This document shows positions 60,780-64,000 of a stretch of DNA of 64,000 nt, one piece after another. The stretch is from Gnetum montanum (taxonomy: Eukaryota > Plantae > Gnetophyta): contig MNCI01000003.1 in the NCBI GenBank assembly GCA_015680685.1, forward strand, positions 728,193 through 792,192. The letters are read 5' to 3'. How positions within the stretch are numbered: position 1 is the stretch's first letter; each line of letters begins with the position of its first letter. Below the pieces are notes generated by a model that did no database searches, was not told the origin of the DNA, and was given only the letters and a program-made list of their open reading frames with translations. Made by a program: the position numbers and the translations under genes.

Positions 60780-61700
60780 TCCTCTCACAATCCTACACAT
60801 TGAGAATAAAAACCTTTCGAAAGTTAAGATAAAACCTTAACATGTTGTAGTTGGTAAATAAACCAAAGAATTAGATCTACATGTTGAAATATCAAGGGAG
60901 ACAAGCCTTATATGTTAGATTTTTATGAGAATTTTTGGCCTTTAGCTTAACATGTTCGACTTTTCAGCCCCAACATGTGGGACAATGTGTAGACTTTAGG
61001 CCTTTCCCACACATTGAGAATCCATGCCTCAACATATAGGCCAACATGTGATGAGTAGAATTAAAAATTTTCATCCTTCACAAGTAAACTTTCCAAGTAT
61101 CAAACCCATCTTTGAACATCCACAAGTTGGAGATTTGGAGCCCACCTATTGGAAAACCACCTATGTGTAGGACAAATAAATTTCTATCCTTACTCAAAAA
61201 AACTTATTATTTACTCCAAATGATCCAAAAAACTATAGAACCCTAGATGTTACATTAAAAGCCTACAACAGCCAAAAACCTTTGTCAAAAGCTCTCACAA
61301 ATTGACATCCCAAATCTCACACATTGGAAAACTACCTATCAATGTATAAGCCAATTTCTAGAATAAATAGAAGGTTATCCTTTCTAAAAATAGCTCATAC
61401 TTTACCCCAAAGAGCTCAAAAATTGCAGATTTCTCTCCTAAACCCTAGATGCTATCATAAGAGCTTGGAAAAGGCCAAAAACTTGGTCGAAAATTTCTAT
61501 AAACTAACAGACAAGTTCCACACATTGAGACACCAAGACTCACATGCTATGGTATTGCTTGGGCCAATGTGTGAAATCAATGTCAATAATTAACAAGTTC
61601 AAAATAGCTTAAATGCTGCTAGGATGGATCCCACATGTGAAAGAATTGATCCAAAGTAGTTACAAGCTGTCATGTTGAGTCCCACAAGCCCAAAATCCAA
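60780..61700. repeat. Dispersed short motif CACACATTGAGA / CAACATGTG in both orientations
   Basis: Many copies, for example near 60795, 60971, 61008, 61047, 61318, 61519 and 61565. Confidence 0.65.
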
Positions 61701-62386
61701 GATAAACTACTTACTTTTACAACATTTGGTAACATATCCTCCAAGTCCTTAAGAAATAGATAATACCATTTGGGGTAATCATGAATCCTTTTTCGAGGCC
61801 CATTGGTTTATGAGCTAAACTATTTTACGTTGAAATTTTCAGCATTCCAGTATAAAATTTCTATCTTTATAGTTTTTTGATGCTAGAAGGAGGAAATTTT
61901 CCTAATTTCCTTGCTAAAACCTGTTGTGAAATTTTTCTATTAGTGTTGGCCTTAGCTTTTGAACCTATCTTGTGTAACAAAAATTTATGTTGGATTTTCC
62001 CAAAGCTTAGCATGTGCCTTGTTACCAATCTTACTTTATTTAATTTTTAAATTTATTTTGGGTTTTCCAAAATCCAGTGTATGACCAGCAACCTATTTTG
62101 TTTATAACTATTTTCACTTTAAATTTTTCAACCATAGTGTATAGCACTACTCTCATTCCCTACACTTTAGAGCATAAATTAATTAATTTTCTCTAGTATA
62201 ATGCACAACGCTATCATAGACCCTTGCACTACCTTTGCAGTTGTAGTGCACATTGTTATTTTTATTTCTACCATTTGTACTTTGTAGTTTCTTGGTCATT
62301 TCCTTTTCATATGATAAAAAATACTTAAAATAAAAAACTTTGAAAAAATTATTACTTTGTAGTTGCAGCATAGTTAAGGCTATCAC

Positions 62387-62600
62387 TTCCACATGCTAGG
62401 CAGTCTCACACATTAAGACTTCCATATGTTGGACAGTCTCGCATGTTGAGATTTCCACACACTAGGCAGTCTCACACATTGAGACTTCCACATGATATGA
62501 ACTTTCACATGCTAATTATCCCAAATGCTAAGTAGTCTCACATGCTATGAAAATCTCACACACTAAAGCTCCATATGTTATGGGCCTTACATGCTACAAA
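62387..62600 (+). repeat. Minisatellite, 33-bp period made of two 16-17-bp subunits
   Basis: TTCCACATGCTAGGCAGTCTCACACATTAAGAC-like units at 62387, 62420 and 62453, decaying afterwards. Confidence 0.85.
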
Positions 62601-62717
62601 CTTGAAGCTTATTTACACATTAGAAACTTTAAAAGCCTTTATCACTTTGACCAATTCATTGGTTTTGTACATTTTATGCTTTTTACATTCATAGTTCTAC
62701 CTCACAACATCACACAC

Positions 62718-63760
62718 ATGGCTTCATACTAGACGGCTGTCCACATCTATGATCCTAAGGATTTGACTATAGTTGAGCATAGATAGTCTCTTAGGTGGAT
62801 GGGAGTAGAAATAACTTACATGAACATAAATGAGAAATATTACAACTTTATTTGTGTGAAAATTCAAGCTAGCTTACTTATCCCTCATAGAGAGTCAAAA
62901 TTAAAATGTCAATTTGAGATAATTGACAAGAATGAGAAGGAGTGCATTCCCTCACCTTATAACCAAATCAAACTAACTAATTTCCATATTCATATGTTGG
63001 CACAACTAGTAGAACTAGAGAAGGTAAGTGAGAAGATTATCTTAGATGAAAACAAGGAGAAAAAGGATGGGTTTGAGTTAAAGTATAAACTAGATATCTT
63101 CATAGGGGATCTCTTACAATGGTTGGCTCTAAAGGAAACCATCCCTAACTTCACACCTCCCATATCCTATGTGGATAAGATTGTCCAATCTACCCCCTTA
63201 TATCCAATCATGTTTACATCAACAATGGATTTTTTTAGCATAACAATATCAACCAGTGTTCCACTCCACCTTTCTATTTTCATCAATGTCTTATAGAACT
63301 CAACCTTGTTCAGTACAATCATCACCAATGATATCACGACATCACCTCCTTTTATCATCCTACCAAGCCCCTTTATGGGATCCTAGGCTTCACAAGCCTT
63401 TCATACTTTCTTTTTTCCCTTCATCTCTCATGTTTCAACTTAAATATCCTTCTTCTTGTTCAATCCACCTATGATGGTGGTCATGCAACCACTTGAGTCT
63501 ATACCAATGCCCACCACATGGCTCCAAGCTATTCAACCCTCTCGACAACCATCAATGCAAACATTGTAGCTTATAGGGATATCACAAGGCATGGATAAAG
63601 CCTTACAAATGATCTAAAACCTTACTGACGAGCTAAGGAAGCTTAAAGCTAGCACAACACAAATGGTGAAGGTTATGAACTTCTACTAGAATGATGCCAT
63701 TAGTCCTACCATTCCTCAAAACACCTTAGCCATGAGGAATATGATGACTATATGTTTCAC
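62718..63760 (+). pseudogene. Unidentified decayed ORF, probably TE-encoded
   Basis: ATG at 62718 is in frame with the 165-aa ORF 62799..63296. It is followed by S/P-rich and coiled-coil-like sequence; no recognisable domain. Confidence 0.35.
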
Positions 63761-64000
63761 AATAGAATTAAATATATCTCATCTATAAATATATATTAAA
63801 TAAGATGAGATCTTATTCATGTAATTCTTATCCAATTCCATGTTTACTTTGTCCTATATTAAGAAGATCCTTAAAGAAAATGATAAAGATCATCCCCATG
63901 ATTTCCAAGATTCATGCTTATCTTTCAAACTCTATTCTTGGGAGATCAAGGCCTATATAATTTTAGTAGCACATATTGATTTATGAGATAGAAGAAATAT

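Noticed and set aside
62387-62600. CRISPR-like array
   Set aside because: Units are contiguous degenerate tandem repeats without unique spacers; no cas genes; eukaryotic TE context.

Overview
This is AT-rich, heavily CpG/CHG-deaminated land-plant heterochromatin made of nested, decayed retrotransposons. There is no intact host gene and no intact TE ORF. (1) Three Athila-like Ty3/Gypsy elements lie on +: A (1-5813, 5' part outside the window), B (17195-27281) and C (28152-41564). (2) Two Ty1/Copia remnants are fused tail-to-tail (7911-8965 + and 8960-13190 -). (3) A pol-less, gag-only SIRE-like Copia on - (13805-43039) is the host into which both B and C inserted. (4) A Tekay-like chromovirus on - (about 43740-55020) has its 3' end (chromodomain + PPT + full LTR) amplified as a ~0.98-kb tandem array, and a 3.3-kb possibly Helitron-like insert interrupts its gag. 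(5) The right end holds a 5S-rRNA-derived segment, a tRNA-like segment, a decayed spliced gene joining an FCP1/NIF-phosphatase-like exon to a transposon-protein-like exon, short tandem repeats and an unidentified ORF. The best candidates for something undescribed are: the ~950-codon accessory ORF of the Athila-like family with its own apparent promoter and 5'UTR intron; a conserved poly(A)-loop hairpin in that family's inter-ORF region; the LTR-chromodomain tandem array; the divergent 5S/tRNA Pol III-type promoter pair; and the FCP1-like/transposon-protein chimera. All were identified by eye without alignment tools, so novelty is unproven.
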